From positions 10,209 through 74,208 of the IMG/VR virus record IMGVR_UViG_3300037258_000046: DNA of 64,000 bases; one strand, written 5' to 3'. Positions within the stretch are counted from its first letter, which is position 1; each line of letters starts with the position of its first letter. Made by a program: the position numbers and the translations under genes. This DNA is from a virus. Shown here piece by piece: positions 9,676 through 18,355 of this stretch. The notes beneath the pieces are model-generated. The model made no database searches and had not been told where the DNA came from. It saw only the letters and a list, made by a program, of their open reading frames with translations.

Positions 9676-10428
9676 TCAGAGCGCCGCCATCACGCTGCGC
9701 CGCGTCGCCTTCTTCGCGACGTCGGCCCACACGTGGAAAGCGTTGTCGTAGCCCTTAGAGAACCGGCCGACCACCGTTGCGTCGTAGGCGGCGCGCCATG
9801 CGTCGGTCCCGTTGATCGTCGCCGTCACGTCGAGCCCGAACGCGTCTACCAGCTCGTCAACCTTGAGCGCCAGCGAGTGCGCGCGCGGCACCTTCGCCAG
9901 CTCCTTCTCCAGCTTGGCAGCCCCGCGTGCTGCCTTGCGCGCCTCGACCTCGGCGCGCGAGTGAGCCTTCCGCTGCTCCGTCGTCATCTGCGCGACCGGC
10001 GCCGTCGGATAGCAGACCGTGCACGCCGTCATCGCGATCTCGGCGATGATCTCCGCCTCGCTCTTGCCCGACAGCCACGTCTGCCACGTAAAGCTCGTAT
10101 CCCACCGGCAGGTCGAGCAGTCCATCGTCCGGTGCACGTGGCCGCCGTGAGCGGTGCAGAAGAACGCGCGCTCCCAGCCGCCGCGGCGATCGAACTCTGC
10201 GTTGAGGGGAGCCATCTGCTCGCGCAGCTCCGCGAGCTTCGCGGCGTGCTCTTCGAGCCGTGCTGTGCGCTCCGCCAGCTCGCGCTCGCTCTCGGCGCGC
10301 CACGGCATCCGCGGCTTGCTGTCGGCTGCCTGCCATGCGCGTCGCTGCTGGACCTTCCCGTGCAGCTCCGCGAGCTGCTCGTCGATCTCGGGAGGGGTCT
10401 GCTCTGTGATCGGTGTCGTGGTGGTCAT
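9676..10428 (-). CDS. early hypothetical protein with coiled coil and His/Cys metal-binding motif
   Basis: GGHVH..MDCSTC...CTVCYP; strong promoter/leader upstream. Confidence 0.75.
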   Translation of the reverse strand: MTTTTPITEQTPPEIDEQLAELHGKVQQRRAWQAADSKPRMPWRAESERELAERTARLEEHAAKLAELREQMAPLNAEFDRRGGWERAFFCTAHGGHVHRTMDCSTCRWDTSFTWQTWLSGKSEAEIIAEIAMTACTVCYPTAPVAQMTTEQRKAHSRAEVEARKAARGAAKLEKELAKVPRAHSLALKVDELVDAFGLDVTATINGTDAWRAAYDATVVGRFSKGYDNAFHVWADVAKKATRRSVMAAL

Positions 10429-10435
10429 CGTCTGC

Positions 10436-10491
10436 TCCTTAGTTCCGGGTTGCGTTGCAAACTGTAGCACAACGCGGCCCGGACGTGTCAA
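10436..10491 (-). promoter_or_regulatory. strong promoter TTGACA-N19-TACAGT with GCAACCCG leader and SD
   Basis: -35 at 10486-10491, extended -10 at 10461-10466, GCAACCCG at 10446-10453. Confidence 0.85.
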
Positions 10492-10727
10492 GCAGATATC
10501 GGCGCTCCGTCGCCGTACTCCTCGATCGACTCGCGCACGAGATCCCCCCACGTCTGCCGTCGCGTCCAGCGCAGCATCCAGCCGTTCGGGAACTGCGGCG
10601 ATGTCACGCGCAGCTCGCGGATCGGGTCGCGGTAGCCCGCGCGCTCCAGGATCGCCGCGACGGCCTCCAGCGCCTCGTCCAGCTCGGCGTGATGCTCGGC
10701 GAGAACGTCCTGCATGAAGTAGGCCAT
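10488..10727 (-). CDS. hypothetical protein
   Basis: TGATG-coupled start. Confidence 0.5.
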   Translation of the reverse strand: MAYFMQDVLAEHHAELDEALEAVAAILERAGYRDPIRELRVTSPQFPNGWMLRWTRRQTWGDLVRESIEEYGDGAPISA

Positions 10728-10987
10728 CAGAGCGCCACCGCGTACGCGCTGCGCCGCACGAGTTCCTCGACCGCCTGCTTCCGCGTCGGCTCGGCGCACG
10801 CCTGCATCAGCGAGCCGTCGGCGAGCATGACCTGCCGCCACCAATGGCGATCGTGCGCGTAGCGCCGGTACACCTTCCCGAGCGGGCAGATCACCGCGTC
10901 GCGGTCGTCGAGCACTCCGACGTTGCCGTCGACGTCGATCGAGACGCGCAGCCCCGGCCGTACGGTCAGCTTCGTGTAGCGCGCCAT
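10727..10987 (-). CDS. hypothetical protein
   Basis: Fills the operon between coupled neighbours. Confidence 0.55.
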   Translation of the reverse strand: MARYTKLTVRPGLRVSIDVDGNVGVLDDRDAVICPLGKVYRRYAHDRHWWRQVMLADGSLMQACAEPTRKQAVEELVRRSAYAVAL

Positions 10988-10988
10988 G

Positions 10989-11300
10989 TCAGATCCCCAG
11001 CGCGCGGCGCTCGGCCTGCCAGAAGCGGCAGATGGGCCCGGTGTACTTCTGCTCCGTGTAGAGCGGCGAGTCGACGATCGCGCGCACCGCCTCGTTGCCC
11101 TTCGCCAGATGGTTGTCGATCGCGCGGCGCGTCGCTGCCGCGTTGCGGCCGGTCAGCGAGCCGTTGCCCATGCGCCGGTCGATCGACGTCAGTCCGTTCG
11201 TCGCGCGCTGGAGCTGCCCTTCGAGCCGCAGCATCTCGCGGACGTCCTGGAAGCTCGGCTCGCTCGTCTGTGTCTGTGTCTGTGTCTGTGTCGTGGTCAT
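10989..11300 (-). CDS. early hypothetical protein with N-terminal TQ repeat
   Basis: AGGAG SD and conserved leader; (ACACAG)n microsatellite encodes TQTQTQTQT. Confidence 0.7.
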   Translation of the reverse strand: MTTTQTQTQTQTSEPSFQDVREMLRLEGQLQRATNGLTSIDRRMGNGSLTGRNAAATRRAIDNHLAKGNEAVRAIVDSPLYTEQKYTGPICRFWQAERRALGI

Positions 11301-11306
11301 CGTCTG

Positions 11307-11355
11307 CTCCTGTCGTCGTCGGGTTGCGTTGCAAACTGTAGCACAACGCAACCCG
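11307..11355 (-). promoter_or_regulatory. conserved promoter/leader embedded in a 12-bp inverted repeat
   Basis: CGGGTTGCGTTG (11320-11331) and CAACGCAACCCG (11344-11355) flank TACAGT. Confidence 0.8.
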
Positions 11356-11366
11356 CGATGCGTCCG

Positions 11367-11744
11367 TCAGCTCGCCCATCTCGGCGACTTCGGCTCGCCG
11401 ACGGTCGAGTACTCGCCGTCCATCGGCCACGGGCTCCAGTCGCGCAGGTCCGGGTACGCCTCCAGAATCAGCTCGCGCGCCTCCGCGTACAGCGCGGCGC
11501 GGCGCAGCTCGCACGCCTCGACGCGCTCCGGAGATCCCGGGCGCATGCGCTCGATCTCCTCGGGCAGCGGCCGCGCCGTGACGAGCCCCCAGCGCTCGCC
11601 GTCGACGGTGCGGACGGTCGAGTGTCCCGCGTAGCGCTCCCACGCGCGGTACACGTGCACGCGCGTGGTGAGGATATGCGTGCGGGTCACGAGCCGCTCG
11701 CCGACAGCGACGTGGGAGGGGATCGAATCAGTGATGGTGGGCAT
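11367..11744 (-). CDS. hypothetical protein
   Basis: AAGGAG SD upstream of the ATG. Confidence 0.6.
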   Translation of the reverse strand: MPTITDSIPSHVAVGERLVTRTHILTTRVHVYRAWERYAGHSTVRTVDGERWGLVTARPLPEEIERMRPGSPERVEACELRRAALYAEARELILEAYPDLRDWSPWPMDGEYSTVGEPKSPRWAS

Positions 11745-11760
11745 GATTGGCAAGCTCCTT

Positions 11761-12231
11761 TCAGAACTCGTCGTGGTAGCAGGATGCGCGGTAGGCGGCT
11801 TCGCCGACCTCGTCGCAATACACGTTCGTGCGCTCGCCCTTGACCCACACCTTCGAGCCGCGCTTGAAGACGCGCCGGACGGTGTAGGTGTCATCGAAGG
11901 CTAGGTCGACGGTCACGCTGTAGCCGTGAGCGACCGGGAGAGTAATCCCCGTCTCGCGGACGCCGACGCGGCCGCCGCTGATGCCGAGCACGTTCATGCG
12001 CCCGATCTGCGCGACGATCGTCTTGGCGTCGGCGCGATCGTCGAACTCCTGCGCCGCCGCCTCCTCCGTCTCGCCGACGAACTTCTTGTGGATCGCCAGC
12101 GCGATGTCCTTCGTGTCGATCCCGGTCTGCTCGCTCGCGACGGCCAGCGCTTGCTCGACCGTGGCGCCCGCGTTGCGGCGGCTGTAGAAGTGATCGACTG
12201 CGGCGGGGAGAAGGTTGCTAGTGATGGTCAT
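11761..12231 (-). CDS. early hypothetical protein
   Basis: IVAQIGRMNVLGISGG...VDLAFDDTYTV...VYCDEV; strong promoter upstream. Confidence 0.75.
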   Translation of the reverse strand: MTITSNLLPAAVDHFYSRRNAGATVEQALAVASEQTGIDTKDIALAIHKKFVGETEEAAAQEFDDRADAKTIVAQIGRMNVLGISGGRVGVRETGITLPVAHGYSVTVDLAFDDTYTVRRVFKRGSKVWVKGERTNVYCDEVGEAAYRASCYHDEF

Positions 12232-12237
12232 GTCGGG

Positions 12238-12300
12238 CTCCTTGTCGTTCGTTCCGGGTTGCGTTGCAAACTGTAGCACATCTCCCGGCCGAGCTGTCAA
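12238..12300 (-). promoter_or_regulatory. strong promoter TTGACA-N19-TACAGT with GCAACCCG leader
   Basis: -35 at 12295-12300, -10 at 12270-12275, motif at 12255-12262. Confidence 0.85.
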
Positions 12301-12360
12301 GAGTCGCTCGACGAATTGCGGGCGCGCCGCAGACCATCGCGACGCGCCCGCTTCGCTACC

Positions 12361-12885
12361 TCAGCCGCCGCACTCCGGCACCGTGACCGGCCACGCCAGC
12401 CGATGCCCCGGCTCCCAATAGTCGAACACGGCCACCTGCTCAGCAGGCGTCGCGACGACAGACCCCGCGAGCGGATCCTGCGGGTCGCTGCTCAACGGCC
12501 AATCCTCACCCATGTCGGCCGTCGCCTCGTCCCACGTCGACGGCTCGAACTGAAAGCCGCCCATGAATCCGTTCCCCGTGTTGATCGTCCAATCGTCGGT
12601 GCTCTCGTGCTCGAAGACGCACGACGCGAGCGCCGACATCGACGGCGCCGCGTCAGTCTCGACAACGACGGCCGCCGCGTGAGCCTCTGCGCGAGCATCC
12701 GCGCGCAACGCGATCCGACAATGCCAGCGGTCGAGGTGATGCGACCGACGGCAGGCGTGGCGTGCTACCCGAACGATGCAGCCCCGATGCGGGCCGCAGT
12801 GCTTCTCCTGATGATGAACGCTGCCAGCTACACCGAATCCGGCGAGCAGTGCAACGAATGTGAAAGCGAGTCGGTGGACTTCAAC
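12361..12885 (-). CDS. resuscitation-promoting factor (Rpf)-like lytic transglycosylase, secreted; start uncertain
   Basis: C..EHES...W.INTGNGFMGGFQF..STW...ATPAEQ...AWP...C matches the Rpf core; the frame extends upstream through a signal-peptide-like segment. Confidence 0.8.
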   Translation of the reverse strand, partial: VEVHRLAFTFVALLAGFGVAGSVHHQEKHCGPHRGCIVRVARHACRRSHHLDRWHCRIALRADARAEAHAAAVVVETDAAPSMSALASCVFEHESTDDWTINTGNGFMGGFQFEPSTWDEATADMGEDWPLSSDPQDPLAGSVVATPAEQVAVFDYWEPGHRLAWPVTVPECGG

Positions 12886-12935
12886 CGGCCTCCTCTTCGT
12901 TTTCGCGTCGTGACCACGACGCCGGGCGCCGAGCG

Positions 12936-13370
12936 CTAGTCGCTCGACCCTTCCGGGGTGACCTGCTCCCCCGAAGCTGTGATGGTGGCGCTGCCGTCTG
13001 TCAGCCGCTCAAGCCATGCCGAGCGGTGGGCGCGCATCTCCAGGATCAGGTTCGCGATCTGCTCCAGCTCGAAGCCGCTCGCTTTCAGGTACGCGACGAA
13101 CGCCGCATCGCGCTCAGCCTCGACCGCGGCGTCGAGCACGATCAGCGCGTGCATCCGCGCCTGCGGCGTCGACCACGACCACGACACCTCACCGGAGCGC
13201 AAGTGCACCTCGGGCAGCAGGTCGGAGTCGCGCACGATCGGGTCGACCCTGATCATGTCGCCGATCCCGGGCGCCGCGTTCATCTGCTCCGCCAGCAGCG
13301 ACTCCAGCGACCGCACGCGCGCGATCAGCTCCGCCTTCGACATGCCTCGCAGCTCGGCGCGCGCGCTCAT
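12936..13370 (-). CDS. hypothetical protein
   Basis: Helical ORF with GGAG SD. Confidence 0.55.
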   Translation of the reverse strand: MSARAELRGMSKAELIARVRSLESLLAEQMNAAPGIGDMIRVDPIVRDSDLLPEVHLRSGEVSWSWSTPQARMHALIVLDAAVEAERDAAFVAYLKASGFELEQIANLILEMRAHRSAWLERLTDGSATITASGEQVTPEGSSD

Positions 13371-13490
13371 GCTTTGCGCTCCGCTCTCGGGCATGCGAGC
13401 GCGAGCCGCAGCGCGTGCCACCATCGAGCCCGTCTCGGGAAGTTCGGGTGTCCGCGCACGTGGCGGAAGCACTCCCCACAGAAGCGCCGA

Positions 13491-14102
13491 CTATTCATCG
13501 CCGCACCGCATGCCGTGACCGAAGCGCCGCTCGAACTCGCGCCACGGCATCCAGACGCCGCTCTTGAAGAACCCCCACTCGCGCTGTAGCGCGCCCATCG
13601 CCACGATCGTCCACGCGCCGCTCGAATGCACGCGCGTCCGGTGCCGATGCTCCGCAGCCCGGTAGCGAACCATCCCCGCGCGCATCGTCTCGCGCAGCGT
13701 CACGCCGTCGCCGTCGCAGATCCCGCAGACCTTCTCCTCCCACCGCGGCTCCGTTCCGTACAGCCACATCGACCGGCACGAGCAGACCGGCAGACCGACG
13801 TCGGTGCGTCCCGGCATCGGCGGAGCGAGCTTGCACAGCGCGCAGACGCGCCAGCGCGCCTCCCCAGCGCAGAACGGACACGGCGCCATGTCGTCATAGG
13901 CGCCGCGCAGCACGAACGTCAGGAACGGCCGCGGGTGATCGTGCACCGCGCGATCGTCAGCGTTCGGCAGGAACCGATGAACCATCAGCTTCCCCACGCG
14001 CGGCCCGAGATTGAGCAGCGTCCAGCGATGCAGCAGCGGGCACTCCGGCGGCCCGATCACCTCGCGCCGCAGAGGCCAATACCCGGTCAGCGAATGGATC
14101 AC
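13491..14102 (-). CDS. cupin-like protein with inserted Cys-rich Zn-finger
   Basis: VHRF...D.AVHDHP...L.G.Y and HRHR...WTIV, interrupted by CPFC/CALC/CSC/CGIC. Confidence 0.65.
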   Translation of the reverse strand: MIHSLTGYWPLRREVIGPPECPLLHRWTLLNLGPRVGKLMVHRFLPNADDRAVHDHPRPFLTFVLRGAYDDMAPCPFCAGEARWRVCALCKLAPPMPGRTDVGLPVCSCRSMWLYGTEPRWEEKVCGICDGDGVTLRETMRAGMVRYRAAEHRHRTRVHSSGAWTIVAMGALQREWGFFKSGVWMPWREFERRFGHGMRCGDE

Positions 14103-14335
14103 GGGAGCGGCCACCGCGCGATCACGCCGTCGGCCTCTTCGTCCGGTCGGTTGTAGTAGCGCGTCAGCATCGCCTTCACGTCCGCATCGGTCCAGCGCCG
14201 CTCGCCGCGGATCTCGTCCTCGGCGTCCAGGATCGCGTCGATCAGGGGATCGGCGAGCGTGCCGAGCCCCGGTGCGATGCCGTCGAGTCGATCTCGCCAC
14301 GCCGCACGCCGCGGCGCGTCGGTTGCTTGTGCCAT
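14099..14335 (-). CDS. hypothetical protein
   Basis: Conserved leader at 14351-14371 plus GAGGAGG. Confidence 0.65.
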   Translation of the reverse strand: MAQATDAPRRAAWRDRLDGIAPGLGTLADPLIDAILDAEDEIRGERRWTDADVKAMLTRYYNRPDEEADGVIARWPLP

Positions 14336-14587
14336 CGTCGCCTCCTCAGTCGGGTTGCGCGACGGAAGGTAGCAGCTCCTCGATCGGCACGTCCTCCTGC
14401 GAGCGGCGCGCGACCATCCTCGAATTGTAGGTGCGCGTCTCGGCTTCCTTGTCGAGCGACACGCGGATCTCGTCCATCCGCTGCTTGCAGCCCGGGCACA
14501 AGAACGACTTCGGCGCGCGCTCGTTCTTGCAGTTGAAGCCGCCGCAGATGTTGCCCTTGCGCTTGCTCGGCGCGAATGCCCCGCGGC

Positions 14588-14890
14588 TCACCCGGGCCCC
14601 AGCTCGTGAACGGTTCCCTTCTCCGCTTCCCGGTAGTGCGGGTGACAGAGCGGATGGCCGTGCGACGGGTGCACATGCCACGAGATCCTCTTGCAGCCGT
14701 CGACGTGACACTCGTGGAGCTGCTTCCAGTGAGAGAACGCCTTCCGCGCTCCCCACGCCACGACCGCCAGCGAGATCAGCCACTCGACCCACTGCTGCGC
14801 GTCGCTCTCGACGCCGCTCCAGAGCTGATAGCCGTTGCCGTGCAGCGGGTGCGCGACGCCGCCGCCGAGGAATGCGAGCACGAGATGCAC
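14588..14890 (-). CDS. membrane protein with His/Cys-rich C-terminus
   Basis: One TM segment, HECH..GC.R...LC..H; leaderless GTG 6 nt after TACCCT. Confidence 0.6.
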   Translation of the reverse strand: MHLVLAFLGGGVAHPLHGNGYQLWSGVESDAQQWVEWLISLAVVAWGARKAFSHWKQLHECHVDGCKRISWHVHPSHGHPLCHPHYREAEKGTVHELGPG

Positions 14891-14919
14891 GCCCGCAGGG
14901 TAGACCGGGCCCCCGACGT

Positions 14920-15201
14920 CTAGAACAGCTTCGGGTGCTCCTCACGACCCACGTGCGCGCGCTTGCCGTACTCCTTGCAGGTCGAGTGATGCGGCGTCCA
15001 GGTCTGCGGCACCATCTCGTCAGCGACCGCGGCGAGCGCCTGCGCGTGGTTCGGCCACTTCCGCGCGAAGCCGTCCTCGCCGACCGTGACGGTCCCGGCC
15101 TCGTTGTTGGGCTCAGCGTCGAGCGGGATGCGGTTCTGATTGATCGTCGCGACCCACCGCATCATCAGCCCGCAGTCGCGGCACGGCTCCATGCGCGCCA
15201 T
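14920..15201 (-). CDS. Zn-finger hypothetical protein
   Basis: CRDCG...W....IPLDAEP...HHSTC, a common phage pattern. Confidence 0.6.
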   Translation of the reverse strand: MARMEPCRDCGLMMRWVATINQNRIPLDAEPNNEAGTVTVGEDGFARKWPNHAQALAAVADEMVPQTWTPHHSTCKEYGKRAHVGREEHPKLF

Positions 15202-15421
15202 CAGCTCACCCGCACCCATCCCTCGACGAGCTGCTGCCGCGTCCGCCAGACCGCGCGGACGCCGCCGTACATCTGCCCGCCGCTCTGCGCGTCGCTCACG
15301 TCGAGCCCGAGCGGATACAGCCTGATCCCCCAGCGCGACTCCTCCACGGCCACGATCCGCCACAGACGCCCGCAGCCTCGCCGCGGGCGCCATACCTGAT
15401 GAAGCGCTGGACCGTCTGTCG

Positions 15422-15712
15422 TCACTGGCACATCTCGCAGCGATCGTCTGGCGGGCAGCCCACGCGCCCCGTCGCCGCCCAATGTTCGAGGGCGTAGGGA
15501 TCGACGCCGAACGCGTCCGCCTCCGTCCACTCCTCCGGCGGCAGGTCAGCCCGACACACCGAAAACGCCGCGCCGAAGATCCCCACGCTCGGATCGTCGG
15601 GCTCGAAGTCAATCACCTCGAAGCGTCCGGTGATCTTGCACGACAGGCCACCGGACGTCGTGGCCGGAAAGTCGACGAAGTCGAACTCGCGCCCGACGAG
15701 CGGCGCGCTCAT
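15422..15712 (-). CDS. hypothetical protein
   Basis: ATGA overlap; EPDDPSVGI motif. Confidence 0.55.
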   Translation of the reverse strand: MSAPLVGREFDFVDFPATTSGGLSCKITGRFEVIDFEPDDPSVGIFGAAFSVCRADLPPEEWTEADAFGVDPYALEHWAATGRVGCPPDDRCEMCQ

Positions 15713-16581
15713 GCGACCACCGCGACTTCCAGCAGCTCCGCCTTCGAGGGGCGCATGAAGAACCCGAAGCTCTCGTCGTCGCGGCTGGCCTCGACCGTCG
15801 CCGTGAACGTCACGCGCGAGCCCTTCTCGACGCCCGGGATCTCCTGATACATGCCGTCTGCGTCGTGGAAGCGCGACATCTCGATCGCGGCCGGAACGCT
15901 CCCCCACACCTTGAAGCCGCGGTCGTCACGGACGAGCATCTTGTGCTGCTCGCCGTAGTCGCTCGTCTGCCACTTCTCCGAGAGCACCTCGCCCGTGATC
16001 ACGATGCGACCCTCGACCACCGGCGCCGTCGGCTCCGGCGCCACGTCCTCGGCGAGCAGGTCGCGAGCCATCGTGCGCATGATCGCCGCGACGTAGCGGT
16101 CGCTCGTCGAGCCGTAGTTGCGGACCTTCTGCGCGAACTTGTGGCAGAACTCGGACGGGTGATCAGCGGCGAAGCCGAACGCCACCTCGCGGTCCGGGTC
16201 GATCGCGAACCACCGCAGCCGGATCGTCTTGATGCGCTGCGCTGCGCGGTCAAGCTCGGCGCGCTTGCGCATCGCGTGGAACTCGCCGGTCGCGCGCTCG
16301 AAGCGATTGTCTAGGCACGTCTCGCCGACGCGGATCAGCTCGCCCGTCGGCAGGTATTCCATCACCGCGTAGTAGCGGATGCGCGCGCCGCAGTGATAGC
16401 AGCTCCCCGCGCTGTAGTTCTCGCCGAACTTCTTGCCGTCTGCCGTCGCCGCGCGAATCGTCGGGTCGATGTAGGCAGGCTCGCCGTCAGCGCCGCCGAA
16501 GTCGCCGCAGCCGACGAACTCGTAATCCTCAGTGACTAGGTTCTTTGGGGCGTGGACGTCGGTGCGAATGTTGCGTGTCAT
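15709..16581 (-). CDS. early protein with Zn-finger and C-terminal OB-fold (ssDNA-binding-like)
   Basis: CYHCG...VGETC; ITGEVLS...YG...KMLV...KVWGS...G.RVTFTATV...FGFF.RP. Confidence 0.7.
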   Translation of the reverse strand: MTRNIRTDVHAPKNLVTEDYEFVGCGDFGGADGEPAYIDPTIRAATADGKKFGENYSAGSCYHCGARIRYYAVMEYLPTGELIRVGETCLDNRFERATGEFHAMRKRAELDRAAQRIKTIRLRWFAIDPDREVAFGFAADHPSEFCHKFAQKVRNYGSTSDRYVAAIMRTMARDLLAEDVAPEPTAPVVEGRIVITGEVLSEKWQTSDYGEQHKMLVRDDRGFKVWGSVPAAIEMSRFHDADGMYQEIPGVEKGSRVTFTATVEASRDDESFGFFMRPSKAELLEVAVVA

Positions 16582-16587
16582 CGTGGG

Positions 16588-16645
16588 CTCCAGTCGTCTC
16601 GGGTTGCGCTGCAAACTGTAGCACAACCGTCGGCGTGTGTGTCAA
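16588..16645 (-). promoter_or_regulatory. strong promoter TTGACA-N19-TACAGT with GCAACCCG leader
   Basis: -35 at 16640-16645, -10 at 16615-16620, motif at 16600-16607. Confidence 0.85.
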
Positions 16646-16910
16646 GTCCTCGATCGCCCCGCAGAGCGGGCACGGCGCGCGCTCTCTCCCGCCCTCCGGG
16701 TTGCGCATCCGGGCCCCACACTCGCACTCCCGCCACGCATGCCCGGCGTACACGTACGCGCCGCGCACGAGCCGATACAGGGCCCTCCCGGGCCCCGGCC
16801 GGTCGAAGCACATGCCGCCCGAGCGCCGCTCGCCAATCCAGACGAACGGCGCCCGAGCGCACGCATCAAGCCCGTCGTGCGGGCCGCCCACTACAGCGAC
16901 CCGCGGCACC

Positions 16911-17786
16911 TCAGCTCGCCGGGACCGACGGCACCTTCGCCGCGTCCGCCAGCAGCTTCGACCAGTCCACGCCGTTGATCGTCCGCGACTTCTGGCCGAG
17001 CTGGTCATGCGTGAGCACAAAAAATCCCTGCACCGCGTACGCGTGGTCGAAGTCGTTGTCCTCGACCAGCTCCGAGCCCCACGTCACGACCAGCAGCCCG
17101 TTCTGATCGTAGGAGCGCAACGGAATGTCGTGATAGCCCCACGAGCCGACCGCGCTGTCGCCCTTGAGCTTCGGATCGACCAGCTCCCACTCGCCGCTCG
17201 CCGTCTGCTTCTGCGCCGTCATCGGCAGCCCGACCGCCCGGAAGCAGACCATGAACTCGTAGATCGCGAGCTGCGTCAGCGCGAGCTGCGACGGGTCGAC
17301 ATAGACGGAGACGGGCGCCTTGTGCCGCGTCTTGTTCGCCTGACAGTAGATCCCCGGGTTCTTCCAATACTGCGAGAGCACCTTGTTATCGGTGCCCTGA
17401 TCGGTGTCCGGATCACCGGGCACGTAGCCGCCCACGTGCTCGTAGAGCCGCTCCGCGTCCTCGTCGACGAACTGCACGTGCGCCTCGCCCTCGATCGCGC
17501 GCATCGCCTCGATGCCGTGGCAGGCCATCGCCTCGCCGCAGTCGCCGAGCGTGTCGTTCATCAGCATTCCCCACGGGTAGCCCGGCAGGTCGCGATGCAC
17601 CGCGGGCGGCAGCGTCTCGGCGATGTTGTCGGGGTCCGCCGTCAGGTAGTCCGACAGGTCCAGGTCGGGCTCGTGCGGCTTCGTGATCGGCCCGTTCACA
17701 CGCAGGCGCTCCGGATGCTTGAGCGCCGGGTGAAGCGTGCGGTCGATGCTGCGCAGGGAGAAAGATGCGTCGCGCTCGCCACTCAT
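16911..17786 (-). CDS. papain-like cysteine peptidase
   Basis: MLMNDTLGDC (catalytic Cys region), GYH (His), VVTWG (NSWG-like). Confidence 0.7.
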   Translation of the reverse strand: MSGERDASFSLRSIDRTLHPALKHPERLRVNGPITKPHEPDLDLSDYLTADPDNIAETLPPAVHRDLPGYPWGMLMNDTLGDCGEAMACHGIEAMRAIEGEAHVQFVDEDAERLYEHVGGYVPGDPDTDQGTDNKVLSQYWKNPGIYCQANKTRHKAPVSVYVDPSQLALTQLAIYEFMVCFRAVGLPMTAQKQTASGEWELVDPKLKGDSAVGSWGYHDIPLRSYDQNGLLVVTWGSELVEDNDFDHAYAVQGFFVLTHDQLGQKSRTINGVDWSKLLADAAKVPSVPAS

Positions 17787-17826
17787 TGCAGGTATGGCTC
17801 CTCGTACTCGATGGTGGGCGGCGCGC

Positions 17827-18051
17827 CTAGTTCTCGGGCGCCGCGCTGATGATCTGCTCGATCGCGCCGACCGCTGACGCGGGCACGACCACCTCTTCGT
17901 AATGCTCGGAGTCCGGATTCGCAATGCTGATCCGAAGCTCCGGCGCCGACCCGTCGGGCTCGGCCCAAATCCCGATCGTCAGGTCACGCTCGCGCTGCTC
18001 GTGATTGAGCGTGCGAATCGTTGTCGCTTGGCCTGTTTGCTCTAGCGCCAT
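17827..18051 (-). CDS. hypothetical protein
   Basis: AAGGTGAGG SD and TACACT -10 at 18082-18087. Confidence 0.6.
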   Translation of the reverse strand: MALEQTGQATTIRTLNHEQRERDLTIGIWAEPDGSAPELRISIANPDSEHYEEVVVPASAVGAIEQIISAAPEN

Positions 18052-18100
18052 GCCTCACCTTCCGCTGTCGTGGTCGCGCTCAGTGTACCCCGAACGCAGA

Positions 18101-18126
18101 CGGGACCGGCATCCGTGCCGGTCCCG
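18101..18126 (-). terminator. hairpin terminator
   Basis: CGGGACCGGCA/TGCCGGTCCCG 11-bp stem with a 4-nt loop. Confidence 0.6.
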
Positions 18127-18151
18127 ATTCACAGCCTACGCTCAGACGGCG

Positions 18152-18307
18152 CTACTCGCCGTCGACGTCCTCGCCTTGCTCGCCCTGCTCGGCGTCGCCC
18201 TGCTCCGTCTCCGGCGTCTCCGGCGTCTCGGCGGGCTCCTGCGTGATCTCCACATCGCCGTCGCCGTGCTGCTCGACGTGCACTCCGTCTCGCTGCTCTT
18301 CCGTCAT
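18152..18307 (-). CDS. 51-aa highly acidic protein (not in the ORF track)
   Basis: AAGGAG SD; MTEEQRDGVHVEQHGDGDVEITQEPAETPETPETEQGDAEQGEQGEDVDGE. Confidence 0.6.
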   Translation of the reverse strand: MTEEQRDGVHVEQHGDGDVEITQEPAETPETPETEQGDAEQGEQGEDVDGE

Positions 18308-18355
18308 CGCCTGCTCCTTCGTCGGGTTGACCGCCCGGGAGACTACCCGGACGGT

